This document shows, piece after piece, positions 18,822 through 28,730 of a DNA stretch of 64,000 nt. The notes below the pieces were generated by a model. That model ran no database searches, was not told where the DNA came from, and was given only the letters and a program-made list of their open reading frames with translations. This DNA is from Myxococcota bacterium (lineage in GTDB: Bacteria; Myxococcota_A; SURF-8). Each line of letters starts with the position of its first letter. The first letter of the stretch is position 1. The translations under genes and the position numbers were made by a program. Location: the NCBI GenBank assembly GCA_963674735.2, contig CAXXQS010000001.1, positions 1,280,001 to 1,344,000 of the forward strand, given 5' to 3'.

Positions 18822-21800
18822 TTACCAGCCGAAGTACAGATTCGAGGTATTGGTCCAGAAGGCGGCGAAGTCGTTGAGCAGCATCATCGTGGACTCGATG
18901 TACTCCAGGGTGCGGTTCAGATACCAACGCGGGTAACCGCCTTCGCAGTCTTCTTCCAAGTTGCCCGGCACCTGCCCCAAGCGAATATCGACCACGCAGA
19001 GCTGCTGAATCTGAGCGCAGCGCTTGACGAGATTGAAGATCGGGTTGATGCGGTCGTCGTTCGGGAAGCGGCGAGCACGATAGTAGAGGCTTTCCTTCGA
19101 GTTCAGGCACTCTACTTCGTTGACGCCGTCCGGATCGGCCCACTGGTCGCGTTCCGAAACCGGGATCACCTGGGTGTTGAAATACCAATGGGTGGTGTTA
19201 TCGGCCATGGTGTTGGCCAGATTGTACATCGACCAGAAGGCCGGGTACATTTTGTCGAAGTAAACCCAGGATGCGTGTACCGGATAATAGACATTGGCCT
19301 TGTCTTCATTACCCTCTCCCAGAAGAGCCTTCTCCTGCGCGGTCAGTTTTTCGCAGAAGTTCGTGGTGGGATCGGATTTGGCCGGATGCCACTTGCTGCC
19401 GACGGGGGTTTCATCGTCTTCGAAGTTCCAGTAGAAGAGTTCGTTGATACGCGGCTGGAAGACCTTCAGATCGAAGTTTTCACCGTCGTAACTGACGCAG
19501 TAGCGGCTGAACTGGGTCAAGGAGCTTTCGTTCACGACATTCGACAACATATGATAAAGCGCGTTGTCAAAGCCGTCAGAGAGGTAATGGAACGCATTCG
19601 CCATGCTCTCGTAGCGATATTTTTCAACCCACCAACCGGAGTTGGTTAGGATGTACATCGCCGCTTCTTTTTCATTGGTGAAGCCGATACGGTCGAATTT
19701 CGCTTCACTGATGGTGGGATCATCCTGGTAATCCCAGTGGTTTTTGTGGTGATGGCCGTAGCGCATATCGATATCTACAACAGCGCCTCCGATCGTTTCT
19801 TCGAGATCTTCATCGCTATAGATGTAGGGATTGCGCTCGAAGAACACGTTGCTGCTGTCGTCGACCCAACTTTGCATGATGTGTTTGCCGACATCCGGGC
19901 TGTGGACAACATCGTACAACATGAAGTTGAAGCCTTCCATGGAAGCGATCAGATAATCGCCAGGACCACCGGGGACGAGTTCGCGTCGAACCGGCTCGCC
20001 ATCCACCATTTCTTCCCATTCCTCGACGCCATTCATGGCCAGCAGCCAGTCGCGGCGAGCGGGGGAAACAGCCGAAGTCCCATCACCATTCTTCAAGAAC
20101 GGGTCGGCTGCCGGGTCGAGCAAAATCTGCTGCCAATCAGCCAACTGGAAGCGATTGTAGTTCAAATCAAGCGCGAAGTGCGCGAAGCGGAAGAAGCGTG
20201 TCAGGCTGCCCCAGAAGCTCCAGCTATGGGGACGGAAACGCGGGTTGCCACGCTTGAAGAAGCGCCAGTAGTAGAATCGTTTATATTGGTCGATGTAGTT
20301 ACGTACGATATCACGTGCGGTGTAACCCTTATCCCAGACGTTACACATGGGATACTCATAGCGCTGATGGTCAGTGCAGAATAAGTACGGTTTCACATCG
20401 CCGTTGGTCTGGATGCCGGTGCGTTCGCCCGTAACCGGGACCAAGCGAGTGCGGCCGTCGTCAGTGACATCCATCGTGACTTTGACTTCTCTACGAAGTC
20501 CATTGACGCGGTTCTTCATGTTGTAGCAGTAGGTCAACCCCGCCTTTTCGGTGCAAACGCAGTCGGCGTCGTTCTCGCCTTCCTTCGGAATACCCGGAAG
20601 GCAGGAGCAAGCCGAGTTATAGAGGTCGTCTTCGGTGCACTTGCGGTTTTCAAACAAAGGCTGAATTTCGTAAATCGGGTTGCCGTAGAAATCCTGTTTG
20701 ACAAAGCCTTCACCGTCGGTGACATGCTTTTCTACCGCTTTTCCGTAAACGAAAAGGAAGGCGGCGATATCGTAGCGGCCGAGACCGAAGCCATGGAAGT
20801 AGAATTCGTCCATGTAATCCATCACGGAGGAATACATGTACCAGTCTTTCGGAGTCGCGATCGACTTGGAAATCAGGTGAATTTCCGTCGGCGTGGCTTC
20901 ATAAGTGATCGGGGTCGCGTTGGGGTCATCGAGATCGATGTTGTATTGAGCATTCAGCTCTGCTGCACGTTTCTCTTCATAGGCTTTGACTTCCTCATTA
21001 AGCGTGTTCTGGAACTCTTCCTTGTATTTCCAGTAGCCACGCGCTTCACCGGCCGAGCTCTGAACGTCACCGATGTAGTTGAGTTCGTCGGCGCTGGCGA
21101 TGAAGTTATGGCGCAGACCGAGGGTATGACCGATTTCGTGCTCCGCTACGCCCTTGAACATGATGCGTTCAACCGTGCGGCGGATGTCTTCACGAGTGTA
21201 ACCGGCATCATCGAGATTCTGGATGATTTGGAGGAAACCACCGTCGAGCCATTCAGGCTGGAAGTAGCAACCTTTGGAAACTTCGTTGTCGATGTTAATA
21301 AGTTCGGCCATCGCTTCGTTGGTACCCCAGTACAGAGGGGAGATTCCGTAAAGCATTTCTTCGGAAAATTCGGTTTGACCCGGGTAGACCAAGTCCAGCA
21401 TGCCCTGGGGCGCCATCCAGCGTTCCCACTTGGTACCCTTGATCTGGGAGATATCCATGCGACCCTTGGAGGGCGGCAAATGCTTTTCTTTCATGGCCGC
21501 AAGTTTTTCGGCTTGCCAGGTGTTGTTTTCCATCTCAGCCAGGTTACTTTGATCGGTCGTGCGGAACATGTCGCCGTTGTAAAGGGCTGAAATCTTCCAA
21601 TCGGCACTTCCTTGCTTGATCGGAGGAGCCGGATTGACTTCATCATCGATCAGGTTGTCTTCTTCACCGGCTTCGGGGAGGTTGGTGTACTCCGCGTCGA
21701 TGATGAGATCATTGAGAAGCTCTTCGTAACGTTCGTTAGTTGGGTTGAAACCTTCTGCTTTAAGCTCGTCGATCATGAAGTAGCGTTCGAGTTCGCGAGA

Positions 21801-23576
21801 AACGGACCACTGCAGAACGCTACCGGCGATATGCGCGGAGGAACTGAAGATTTGGCCGGTTTCAGGGTTGTCACTCCACTGAGCGACACCGAGAATGCCG
21901 TATTCGGTGGGGGTATTGACCCAGTAAATCATGCTGTAACGCGGATCACCGAGTTCGGCTTTCCAACGAGCGATCTTATGACCGTCCGCGTCGACCATGC
22001 AACGATGCTGGGCATCGAGGCGGCAGGCCACCATGTATTCAACCGGGCGCGCGACGCGACTATTGATGTCATCCCCGTATTTGGCACGGATCTCATCGGG
22101 AGTGATGAGGTTGGGAATACCTTCGGGATTGACGCCCTCACGGTTGAAGTCGTATTCGATGAATTCATTGCGGCGAAGTTGGAAGGCATCATTATCGTTG
22201 TCTTCTTCTTCGAAGCAGTAACGACGATACTCTTCAGCGATCGCGGTCTGACGATCAGCGAAAGCGTCTTTGTTGCCGTCCGACCAGTCGGAAGGAGCTT
22301 TGAGACTCTCCACCGTGTAATCGATGTAATAGAATTCGTTGTCGTCGAGCTTGAGATCTTCCGGCCAAGTGTCGGTTGCGTCGGGCATGAACAGCGAACT
22401 GGGACGTGCTCCGGTCGCGATCTCGTTCAGTCCATCTTGCAACATCTTCAGACGCGGGAAATCAGAGACGAAACCCGTCCCGGTTTCGGCCATCTGCTTA
22501 CGGGCCATCTCGCCTTCATACTTGACTTTGCTGAAAGCGTAATTGTAATCGGATGCGATTGAACAGGCCGTCAATTCAAGACGTTTGGGGAAATCGGGTC
22601 CCAAGTAGTAAACGATCTTGTTGTCGCCGCTGACATTGTAGTAGTTGGCCCATTTGTGGGTGTTGTTCTCGCGATAGCCGTGCTGCGGGTCGACGCCGCG
22701 GTACTCGCGGGTGAAATAACCGAAACGACGGAACATCTCATCTTGATGTTCCATGGCCTCAAAACCGTTACCGGCCAATTCCTCTCGGTCCACTTTCCAG
22801 AAGAAATGACGGAATTCAACACGAGCGGGCTCGTAATTGATGAATTCCATGACGTCGTCCCAACTGTAGATGTAGCGCCAGCTATTGTTGGCCGATACGA
22901 TGGCTTCGGTATAGAAACTGAAGTTTTCCACCTTCTGTTCGGCATCAGCCGAAATGTGCCGCATCTCGTAGTCTTTGGGATTGATTGCCTGACCGATGGC
23001 GTCGTGGAATTCGAGATTACGGTAGGTCGAAACCGGTTCGTAGCTGAAGGGGTTCGACCAGTCGAGCTGCATGTTGACATAGTCCAACTCGAAGTTGGTC
23101 AACGCGCTGGACGACATGTCGACCACGAAATAGCGCCGTTGCCACCAGGCATTGTCGCGATTTTCCGACATGATCGGCAGGTCTTCACCGGTGGTGGTGT
23201 TTTCTGCCAACTGGATGTCGAAGTGATCGCGAATGGGGAAAGCCATGACCGGCGTTTTGGCAACATCGTGTGTGCCTTCCGTGTCGGTGGCTTCGATCTT
23301 CTCATGGATGTCGTAGCCGATCAGCCAGTTCTCCGTGATTTCCCATCGGATGATGCGAAGCTTGTTCGTTTCGCCGACGAAAGCCCAATCGATAGAGTAG
23401 GGCAGATCGGTGATGGTTTGCTTGTAAAACCATTCGCCTTCGAACAAGCGCTTATCAAGGGCTTGCGTGTCGGTTTGGTCGATAGGCGACCGTTCCGTGA
23501 CGCATCCCGACAGGATAAGCATGGATAGGAGCAACGCCCCCATCGTGACAAACATTCTCTTCAATTGAGCCTTCAT
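18822..23576 (-). CDS. Large zinc-dependent metalloprotease lipoprotein (metzincin)
   Basis: Lipobox LSGC; HEIGHTLGLRHNF zinc motif and SSVMDY Met-turn; 1584 aa; AGGAGG RBS. Confidence 0.88.
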   Translation of the reverse strand: MKAQLKRMFVTMGALLLSMLILSGCVTERSPIDQTDTQALDKRLFEGEWFYKQTITDLPYSIDWAFVGETNKLRIIRWEITENWLIGYDIHEKIEATDTEGTHDVAKTPVMAFPIRDHFDIQLAENTTTGEDLPIMSENRDNAWWQRRYFVVDMSSSALTNFELDYVNMQLDWSNPFSYEPVSTYRNLEFHDAIGQAINPKDYEMRHISADAEQKVENFSFYTEAIVSANNSWRYIYSWDDVMEFINYEPARVEFRHFFWKVDREELAGNGFEAMEHQDEMFRRFGYFTREYRGVDPQHGYRENNTHKWANYYNVSGDNKIVYYLGPDFPKRLELTACSIASDYNYAFSKVKYEGEMARKQMAETGTGFVSDFPRLKMLQDGLNEIATGARPSSLFMPDATDTWPEDLKLDDNEFYYIDYTVESLKAPSDWSDGNKDAFADRQTAIAEEYRRYCFEEEDNDNDAFQLRRNEFIEYDFNREGVNPEGIPNLITPDEIRAKYGDDINSRVARPVEYMVACRLDAQHRCMVDADGHKIARWKAELGDPRYSMIYWVNTPTEYGILGVAQWSDNPETGQIFSSSAHIAGSVLQWSVSRELERYFMIDELKAEGFNPTNERYEELLNDLIIDAEYTNLPEAGEEDNLIDDEVNPAPPIKQGSADWKISALYNGDMFRTTDQSNLAEMENNTWQAEKLAAMKEKHLPPSKGRMDISQIKGTKWERWMAPQGMLDLVYPGQTEFSEEMLYGISPLYWGTNEAMAELINIDNEVSKGCYFQPEWLDGGFLQIIQNLDDAGYTREDIRRTVERIMFKGVAEHEIGHTLGLRHNFIASADELNYIGDVQSSAGEARGYWKYKEEFQNTLNEEVKAYEEKRAAELNAQYNIDLDDPNATPITYEATPTEIHLISKSIATPKDWYMYSSVMDYMDEFYFHGFGLGRYDIAAFLFVYGKAVEKHVTDGEGFVKQDFYGNPIYEIQPLFENRKCTEDDLYNSACSCLPGIPKEGENDADCVCTEKAGLTYCYNMKNRVNGLRREVKVTMDVTDDGRTRLVPVTGERTGIQTNGDVKPYLFCTDHQRYEYPMCNVWDKGYTARDIVRNYIDQYKRFYYWRFFKRGNPRFRPHSWSFWGSLTRFFRFAHFALDLNYNRFQLADWQQILLDPAADPFLKNGDGTSAVSPARRDWLLAMNGVEEWEEMVDGEPVRRELVPGGPGDYLIASMEGFNFMLYDVVHSPDVGKHIMQSWVDDSSNVFFERNPYIYSDEDLEETIGGAVVDIDMRYGHHHKNHWDYQDDPTISEAKFDRIGFTNEKEAAMYILTNSGWWVEKYRYESMANAFHYLSDGFDNALYHMLSNVVNESSLTQFSRYCVSYDGENFDLKVFQPRINELFYWNFEDDETPVGSKWHPAKSDPTTNFCEKLTAQEKALLGEGNEDKANVYYPVHASWVYFDKMYPAFWSMYNLANTMADNTTHWYFNTQVIPVSERDQWADPDGVNEVECLNSKESLYYRARRFPNDDRINPIFNLVKRCAQIQQLCVVDIRLGQVPGNLEEDCEGGYPRWYLNRTLEYIESTMMLLNDFAAFWTNTSNLYFGW

Positions 23577-23606
23577 GACCTTGCTTCCTCCTTAGGACCT
23601 GGCAAC

Positions 23607-24590
23607 TCAGAGCGTATACGAAACTGAAAGGAAAACCTGGGTAAACTTAGGATCTAACGGAACCGTGTAATCGCTGCCGAAACCGCCGAAGCGACGCTCC
23701 GGTCCGGCCGTGCTGATACCTGTTCCGATATTCAAACCATCATAAGCGGCGATGCCGATGTCGGCTGTGTAAATCAAGGTGTTACTGGGTTGTTCTGTAA
23801 CGCCATTATTGTAACGCCATGCGCGTGACCAGGTGAAGCCGACACCCATGTCGAGTTTCCACACTGAATAGCGCAAAGAGCTACTATTGGAATAAGTCCA
23901 CTCGTTAAGAGGTTCTAGACTGATGGAACCCGCTTCGTTGGCAAACTTATAGTAGTCGTAGCTATGGAAATTCTTTTGAAAAGCATTGCGATTGGAAAAA
24001 GACAGTCCCCACTTGGAGACACCCAGTGTGACGCTCGGGCTTATGGCGTAGTGCCAGTCGCGAGTGCGTGCCGATTCGGAAAGACCGGGGACAAGCTGAT
24101 TGAGCCCGACCGTGATGGCGAATCCCGTTACGTCTGGATCAATGGCGAAACGGCGGCTCAGCGAGACGGAGAGCGGGTCCATGTCGACATTGTTGTAAAC
24201 AACGTCTCCCGAACCGGAGCCTTCGCCCGGGTACTGGGTCGAAACCGAAAATCCGAGATGCAGGCCGAGCGAAATGTCATAGGGAAGCGAGAATCCCGGG
24301 GCGACGGCGAAAGCATTCCCCACGACCGGTCGCTCCTTGGCGAGGTTGTGTGACAGCTCATAGCTGAAGGTAAGGCTCCACCATTTGGAGTCTGCCTCCT
24401 GCTCGCCTTCTTCTGTCACTTCGGCAACCGGTTGCGCGGAAGTGGAGACGTCGGCCTGGGCCAAGACTAAAGGATCACCAGTGACTGCAGGAAGTGTTTC
24501 GAGCGCAGTTTCATCGGCGAAGGCTTGAGGAGCGCCCAAGAGGGTAAACCCCAACAACAGAATTCCAACTATTAGCACTTTCTTATTCAA
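23607..24590 (-). CDS. Putative outer-membrane beta-barrel protein
   Basis: Signal peptide (AFA), alternating aromatic/hydrophobic strands, C-terminal VFLSVSYTL. TTG start 24590 follows GGAGG. Confidence 0.65.
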   Translation of the reverse strand: MNKKVLIVGILLLGFTLLGAPQAFADETALETLPAVTGDPLVLAQADVSTSAQPVAEVTEEGEQEADSKWWSLTFSYELSHNLAKERPVVGNAFAVAPGFSLPYDISLGLHLGFSVSTQYPGEGSGSGDVVYNNVDMDPLSVSLSRRFAIDPDVTGFAITVGLNQLVPGLSESARTRDWHYAISPSVTLGVSKWGLSFSNRNAFQKNFHSYDYYKFANEAGSISLEPLNEWTYSNSSSLRYSVWKLDMGVGFTWSRAWRYNNGVTEQPSNTLIYTADIGIAAYDGLNIGTGISTAGPERRFGGFGSDYTVPLDPKFTQVFLSVSYTL

Positions 24591-24734
24591 CGTGGCCTCC
24601 ATGAAAGGGACATGGTCGGATCCAACTCGTGGACGTGCCATGCTAAGCGCATCATTTCTCCCTGTCAATATCTTTTAACGAACTTTTAAATTAATCTACC
24701 TCTATCGATCCCAACACAAGTATATTTAGTGCCT

Positions 24735-25370
24735 TTATCGGGTGTTAGCAAAAGCTAAAGGAAATTCAACGCTTCCAGCTTGATATGCGATTTCGAGAAC
24801 CGCAACACGCTTGGGGTCGAAGTCTTTGTAATAAAAACCGACGTACACGTCTTGGCTCCACACGCAATCCGTTTTATCGCAGCCCTGTTTTTTGGGAGGA
24901 TCGCGTAGAATTTTTGCGGCTGGTATCGTTTTGAGCCCTTGCCGGAGGCTGATCGATACCTTGTCAAAGTCTTTTTCACTTGTTCCTATTAAGTATGTGG
25001 GGATTAACAGGTGATCCTTTTTCAATATGTCGGTAAAGGAATCTTTGGAAATTGGTCGCTTATCAAGGGTCATTTTTGCCGATCGAAAAGCGATTTCAAA
25101 GAGTTTGGTCATCAGGTAGCCGTTGACCGCGATGCCTCGTTCGCCGAATTCATACCCCTCGAACAGTTTTTCCGGTGACGACTTGTGCAGGACACCAAGT
25201 TCTACGGCTTTGTTGATCTGTTCTTGAGAGGGGTTGACCTCGATTGCTTGGGTTGTAAAGGGCAAGCAGAAAACGGCCATCAAGCAAACCACCGAGACTG
25301 CGCGTGTTAACGACAGCAAATTTGCAGGCGGAGTCGCCGGTTTCAGATTTAATAGATATGCCCTTGTCAT
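24735..25370 (-). CDS. Hypothetical exported protein
   Basis: Hydrophobic signal-like segment ending TQA, then a soluble domain; start uncertain. Confidence 0.55.
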   Translation of the reverse strand: MTRAYLLNLKPATPPANLLSLTRAVSVVCLMAVFCLPFTTQAIEVNPSQEQINKAVELGVLHKSSPEKLFEGYEFGERGIAVNGYLMTKLFEIAFRSAKMTLDKRPISKDSFTDILKKDHLLIPTYLIGTSEKDFDKVSISLRQGLKTIPAAKILRDPPKKQGCDKTDCVWSQDVYVGFYYKDFDPKRVAVLEIAYQAGSVEFPLAFANTR

Positions 25371-25746
25371 AATTCCTGCCGTTTGATAAGGTGCGAAACC
25401 GTTCGTTACGGTTTTCGATATCCCTACCTTTTCATGTCTTGCTCCGGCTTGCAAGCGAAAAATGAGCGTGAAATACAGAAAGTGCTCTATCTTAGAGAGC
25501 ATGATGCTCTCAGCGTGCGAGCAATAACACTAGTGAATACAACCAGTATGCTTGTGTTTTCGTGTTTCCTGTGGTGCTCTCTAGTATGTATGTTAAAGAG
25601 CGAAAGAGCGCGGCATAGAGCGAATTGAGAGACTTTTTCCCTGCTTTTTTCTTGTCTCCCGGTGAACATACTTTCTTTGAGACGTTGTCCCGTCGAGCGT
25701 TGCCCATTAATCCTTTTTCAATTCGATTCTGGAATTCGAAAAAGGC

Positions 25747-25916
25747 TTGCAAGTCAGCTGTGTATTTGCTATAAGCCTCCGTTGCACAGTTGGGATTGGC
25801 CCACTTTGCGATTTACTTATTCCGCACATCTTCCGATGATGCCGCCAGTGTTCGGGTGAAAGCCTATGTGGCCGTATCAGATGACGAAGATGGAGGGTAA
25901 CACGAGAGGAGCAACT
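25747..25916 (+). promoter_or_regulatory. rpsB promoter and 5' leader
   Basis: TTGCAA (25747), 17 nt, extended TGcTATAAG (25767-25775), then a ~135-nt leader. rpsB leaders are commonly autoregulatory. Confidence 0.45.
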
Positions 25917-26828
25917 ATGCCTGGTCCGATTTCCATGAAAGAACTGCTGGAGTGTGGCGTCCATTTCGGTCACCAGACCGCACGCTGGAACCCGAAGATG
26001 AAATCCTACATCTACGGCGCGCGCAATGGTGTGCATATCATCGATTTGCAGCAGACCGTGCGGATGTTCCGCGAAGCCTATCAATTTGTTCTCGATCGCG
26101 TAACAGAAGGCGAAACGGTGCTGTTTGTGGGCACCAAGCGTCAGGCTGCCGATGTGATTCGTGAAGAAGCCGAACGTAGCGGGATGTTTTATGTCAACAA
26201 CCGCTGGTTGGGTGGAACGCTCACCAACTTCCGCACAATCAAGATTTCCGTTGAGAACCTCAACGAACTCGAGAAGATGCACGAAGATGGTCAGTACCCT
26301 GTGCGCACCAAAAAAGAAGCGATGATGAAGGACAAGCTGCGTCTGAAACTTGGCAAGAACTTGTCCGGCGTGCGCAAAATGGGTCGTCTGCCCGGTATCT
26401 TGTTCGTTATCGATCCTCATAAAGAGAGCATTGCCGTGGCCGAAGCCAACAAGCTTGGGATTCCGGTCGTGGCGATATGTGATACCAACTGCGATCCCGA
26501 TGGCGTGGATTTCATCATTCCCGGAAACGACGATGCCATTCGCTCGATCAAACTGTTCACCGGAAAAATCGCGGATGCCTGCACTGAAGGCAGTGTGTTG
26601 TCCAAAGAACGTGGCACGGCGGCTCGCAAAGAAGAAGCGGCCGAAGGTACCAAATCCGGTGCGCGGATGATCGACGGTAAAAAAGTGGCGGTAAAGAAGG
26701 CGCGTCGCAAGGATGAAGAAGAAAATGCCGAGGCGGCTCCTGCGGAAGAAGCCCCGGTCGAGCCTGCTGTTGCGGTAGAAGCAGAAGCGGCTCCCACTTC
26801 GGACGAAACCCCGGCCAAGGCCGAATAA
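25917..26828 (+). CDS. rpsB: 30S ribosomal protein S2
   Basis: [43 protein letters not shown]; acidic/Ala-rich tail. ATG 25917 after GAGGAG. Confidence 0.98.
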   Translation: MPGPISMKELLECGVHFGHQTARWNPKMKSYIYGARNGVHIIDLQQTVRMFREAYQFVLDRVTEGETVLFVGTKRQAADVIREEAERSGMFYVNNRWLGGTLTNFRTIKISVENLNELEKMHEDGQYPVRTKKEAMMKDKLRLKLGKNLSGVRKMGRLPGILFVIDPHKESIAVAEANKLGIPVVAICDTNCDPDGVDFIIPGNDDAIRSIKLFTGKIADACTEGSVLSKERGTAARKEEAAEGTKSGARMIDGKKVAVKKARRKDEEENAEAAPAEEAPVEPAVAVEAEAAPTSDETPAKAE

Positions 26829-26891
26829 CCGTCTGGATCCGAACTAAAAAAAGAAAATATAGATATATTCAAGAAGAATAAGGAGACGGCA

Positions 26892-27848
26892 ATGGCGCAG
26901 ATCAATGCGGCGATGATTAAAGAGCTTCGTGAAAAAACCGGAGCCGGTATGCTGGACTGCAAAAAAGCCCTGGACGAGAGCAACTGTGATTTGCAGGCGG
27001 CGATTGATATCCTTCGTAAAAAAGGTCTTTCTGCGGCCGCCAAGAAGTCGGGACGCATTACGTCTGAAGGGCTGGTAGCCTCGATGATCAGCGATGATCT
27101 GTTGCAGGGAGCTTTGCTGGAAGTCAACTGTGAGACGGACTTCGTGGCTCGCAACCCGGATTTTCAAGCCTATGTCAGCGATGTTCTCGCTCAGGTTAAC
27201 CAGTTCGATCCTCAAGGCGTGAAGGCGGAAGAGGGAGACAACGCGCTCGAAAATCAGAAATGGATTCGCGACGAGAGCAAAACGGTCAAAGAGGCCACCT
27301 CTGAGCTGATCGGCACGATCGGTGAGAATATTTCACCGCGCCGTTTCGTCCGTTGGACCGTTCAGGGAGAGGGCCGTCTCAATACGTATATCCATATGGG
27401 CGGCAAGTTGGGTGTGCTGGTCGAAATCGGCTGTGGCAAAGATATTGCGACCCATCCTGCGGTGGAACAGTTCGGCAAGCAGGTTGGTATGCAGATCGCG
27501 GCCGCTTTCCCCATCGCGCTCGAACGTGGTGATATTTCCGAAGATTTGTTGTCGCGTGAACGCGAAATCGCCCGTACCCAGGCGATCGAATCGGGTAAGC
27601 CCGAAAAGATCATGGAAAAAATCGTCGAAGGAAAAGTCAATAAATTCTACAAAGAGAATTGTTTGCTCGAACAAGAATGGGTCCATGACACTTCGATGAC
27701 CGTTACCAAAGCCATGGCGGCGGCGGCCAAGGAAGCGGGTGGTGACATCACTCTGAGGCGTTATGCGCGCTATCAGCTGGGCGAAGGCCTGGAAAAACGC
27801 TCCACCGATCTCGTGGGTGAAGTGGCGGCCCAGTTGGAAGGTAAATAA
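26892..27848 (+). CDS. tsf: Elongation factor Ts
   Basis: IKELREKTGAGMLDCKKAL, EVNCETDFVA; follows rpsB. Confidence 0.98.
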   Translation: MAQINAAMIKELREKTGAGMLDCKKALDESNCDLQAAIDILRKKGLSAAAKKSGRITSEGLVASMISDDLLQGALLEVNCETDFVARNPDFQAYVSDVLAQVNQFDPQGVKAEEGDNALENQKWIRDESKTVKEATSELIGTIGENISPRRFVRWTVQGEGRLNTYIHMGGKLGVLVEIGCGKDIATHPAVEQFGKQVGMQIAAAFPIALERGDISEDLLSREREIARTQAIESGKPEKIMEKIVEGKVNKFYKENCLLEQEWVHDTSMTVTKAMAAAAKEAGGDITLRRYARYQLGEGLEKRSTDLVGEVAAQLEGK

Positions 27849-27851
27849 GCG

Positions 27852-28562
27852 ATGAGCAAGCCTCGGCGTGTTCTACTCAAAATGTCGGGCGAGGCTCTCC
27901 GCTCGTCGACTTGCGAAAGCGTCATCGATACCTCGATCCTGAGCGCCTTAGCCGTTCAGATTCAGGATGCCGTTAAGGCCGGTATCGAAGTGGCGATCGT
28001 GGTTGGCGGGGGAAACATTTATCGCGGCGCAATCGGACAGCAACTCGGTATGGATCGCGTTCGTGGTGACTATATGGGCATGACGGCCACGGTGATCAAC
28101 GCCTTGGCCATCGAATCTGCTCTTGAGCTTCAAGGCGTGCCTGCCGAAACGCAGTCCGCCATCTCCATCGGACGCGTCGCTTTGGACTTCGATCAACCGG
28201 GCGCGATCAAAGCCTTGGAAAAAGGAAAGGTTGTCGTCTTGGGTGGTGGAACCGGTAACCCGTACTTCACGACCGATACGGCGGCGGCCTTGCGTGCGGT
28301 GGAGCTTAAATGCGACACCCTCCTCAAAGCAACGAAAGTCGATGGCGTCTATTCGGCGGATCCGGTTACGAACCCCGATGCCGAGTTGTTCTCGGAGTTG
28401 AGCTTCGAAGACGTTCTCTCGCGGAATTTACGCGTTATGGATCAGACGGCCTTTTCGTTGTGTCGTGAAAATGGTCTGCCCATTCAAGTGTTCAATCTGG
28501 CGGGTGATGATAATGTTCGCCGGTCGTTGATGGGAGAGAGAGTCGGAACGCTGGTTCACTGA
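27852..28562 (+). CDS. pyrH: UMP kinase
   Basis: RVLLKMSGEAL, VGGGNIYRG, GTGNPYFTTDTAAALRA, VDGVYSADP. Confidence 0.97.
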   Translation: MSKPRRVLLKMSGEALRSSTCESVIDTSILSALAVQIQDAVKAGIEVAIVVGGGNIYRGAIGQQLGMDRVRGDYMGMTATVINALAIESALELQGVPAETQSAISIGRVALDFDQPGAIKALEKGKVVVLGGGTGNPYFTTDTAAALRAVELKCDTLLKATKVDGVYSADPVTNPDAELFSELSFEDVLSRNLRVMDQTAFSLCRENGLPIQVFNLAGDDNVRRSLMGERVGTLVH

Positions 28563-28587
28563 GTGCTTGCTTATTCGAGACTATACG

Positions 28588-28614
28588 ACCCCGGGACATG
28601 CTCCCGGGGTTTTT
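28588..28614 (+). terminator. Intrinsic terminator after pyrH
   Basis: ACCCCGGGA-catgc-TCCCGGGGTtttt. Confidence 0.85.
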
Positions 28615-28730
28615 AGTTTGGAATATCCTCTCCAGTTTATGTGAGAAGGAAACAAGGGATTTTCGACATCCAATCCACGATTTGATACAATCAGTCCGCA
28701 AAATCCGATAACGATTTCAAACGAGGGCGC

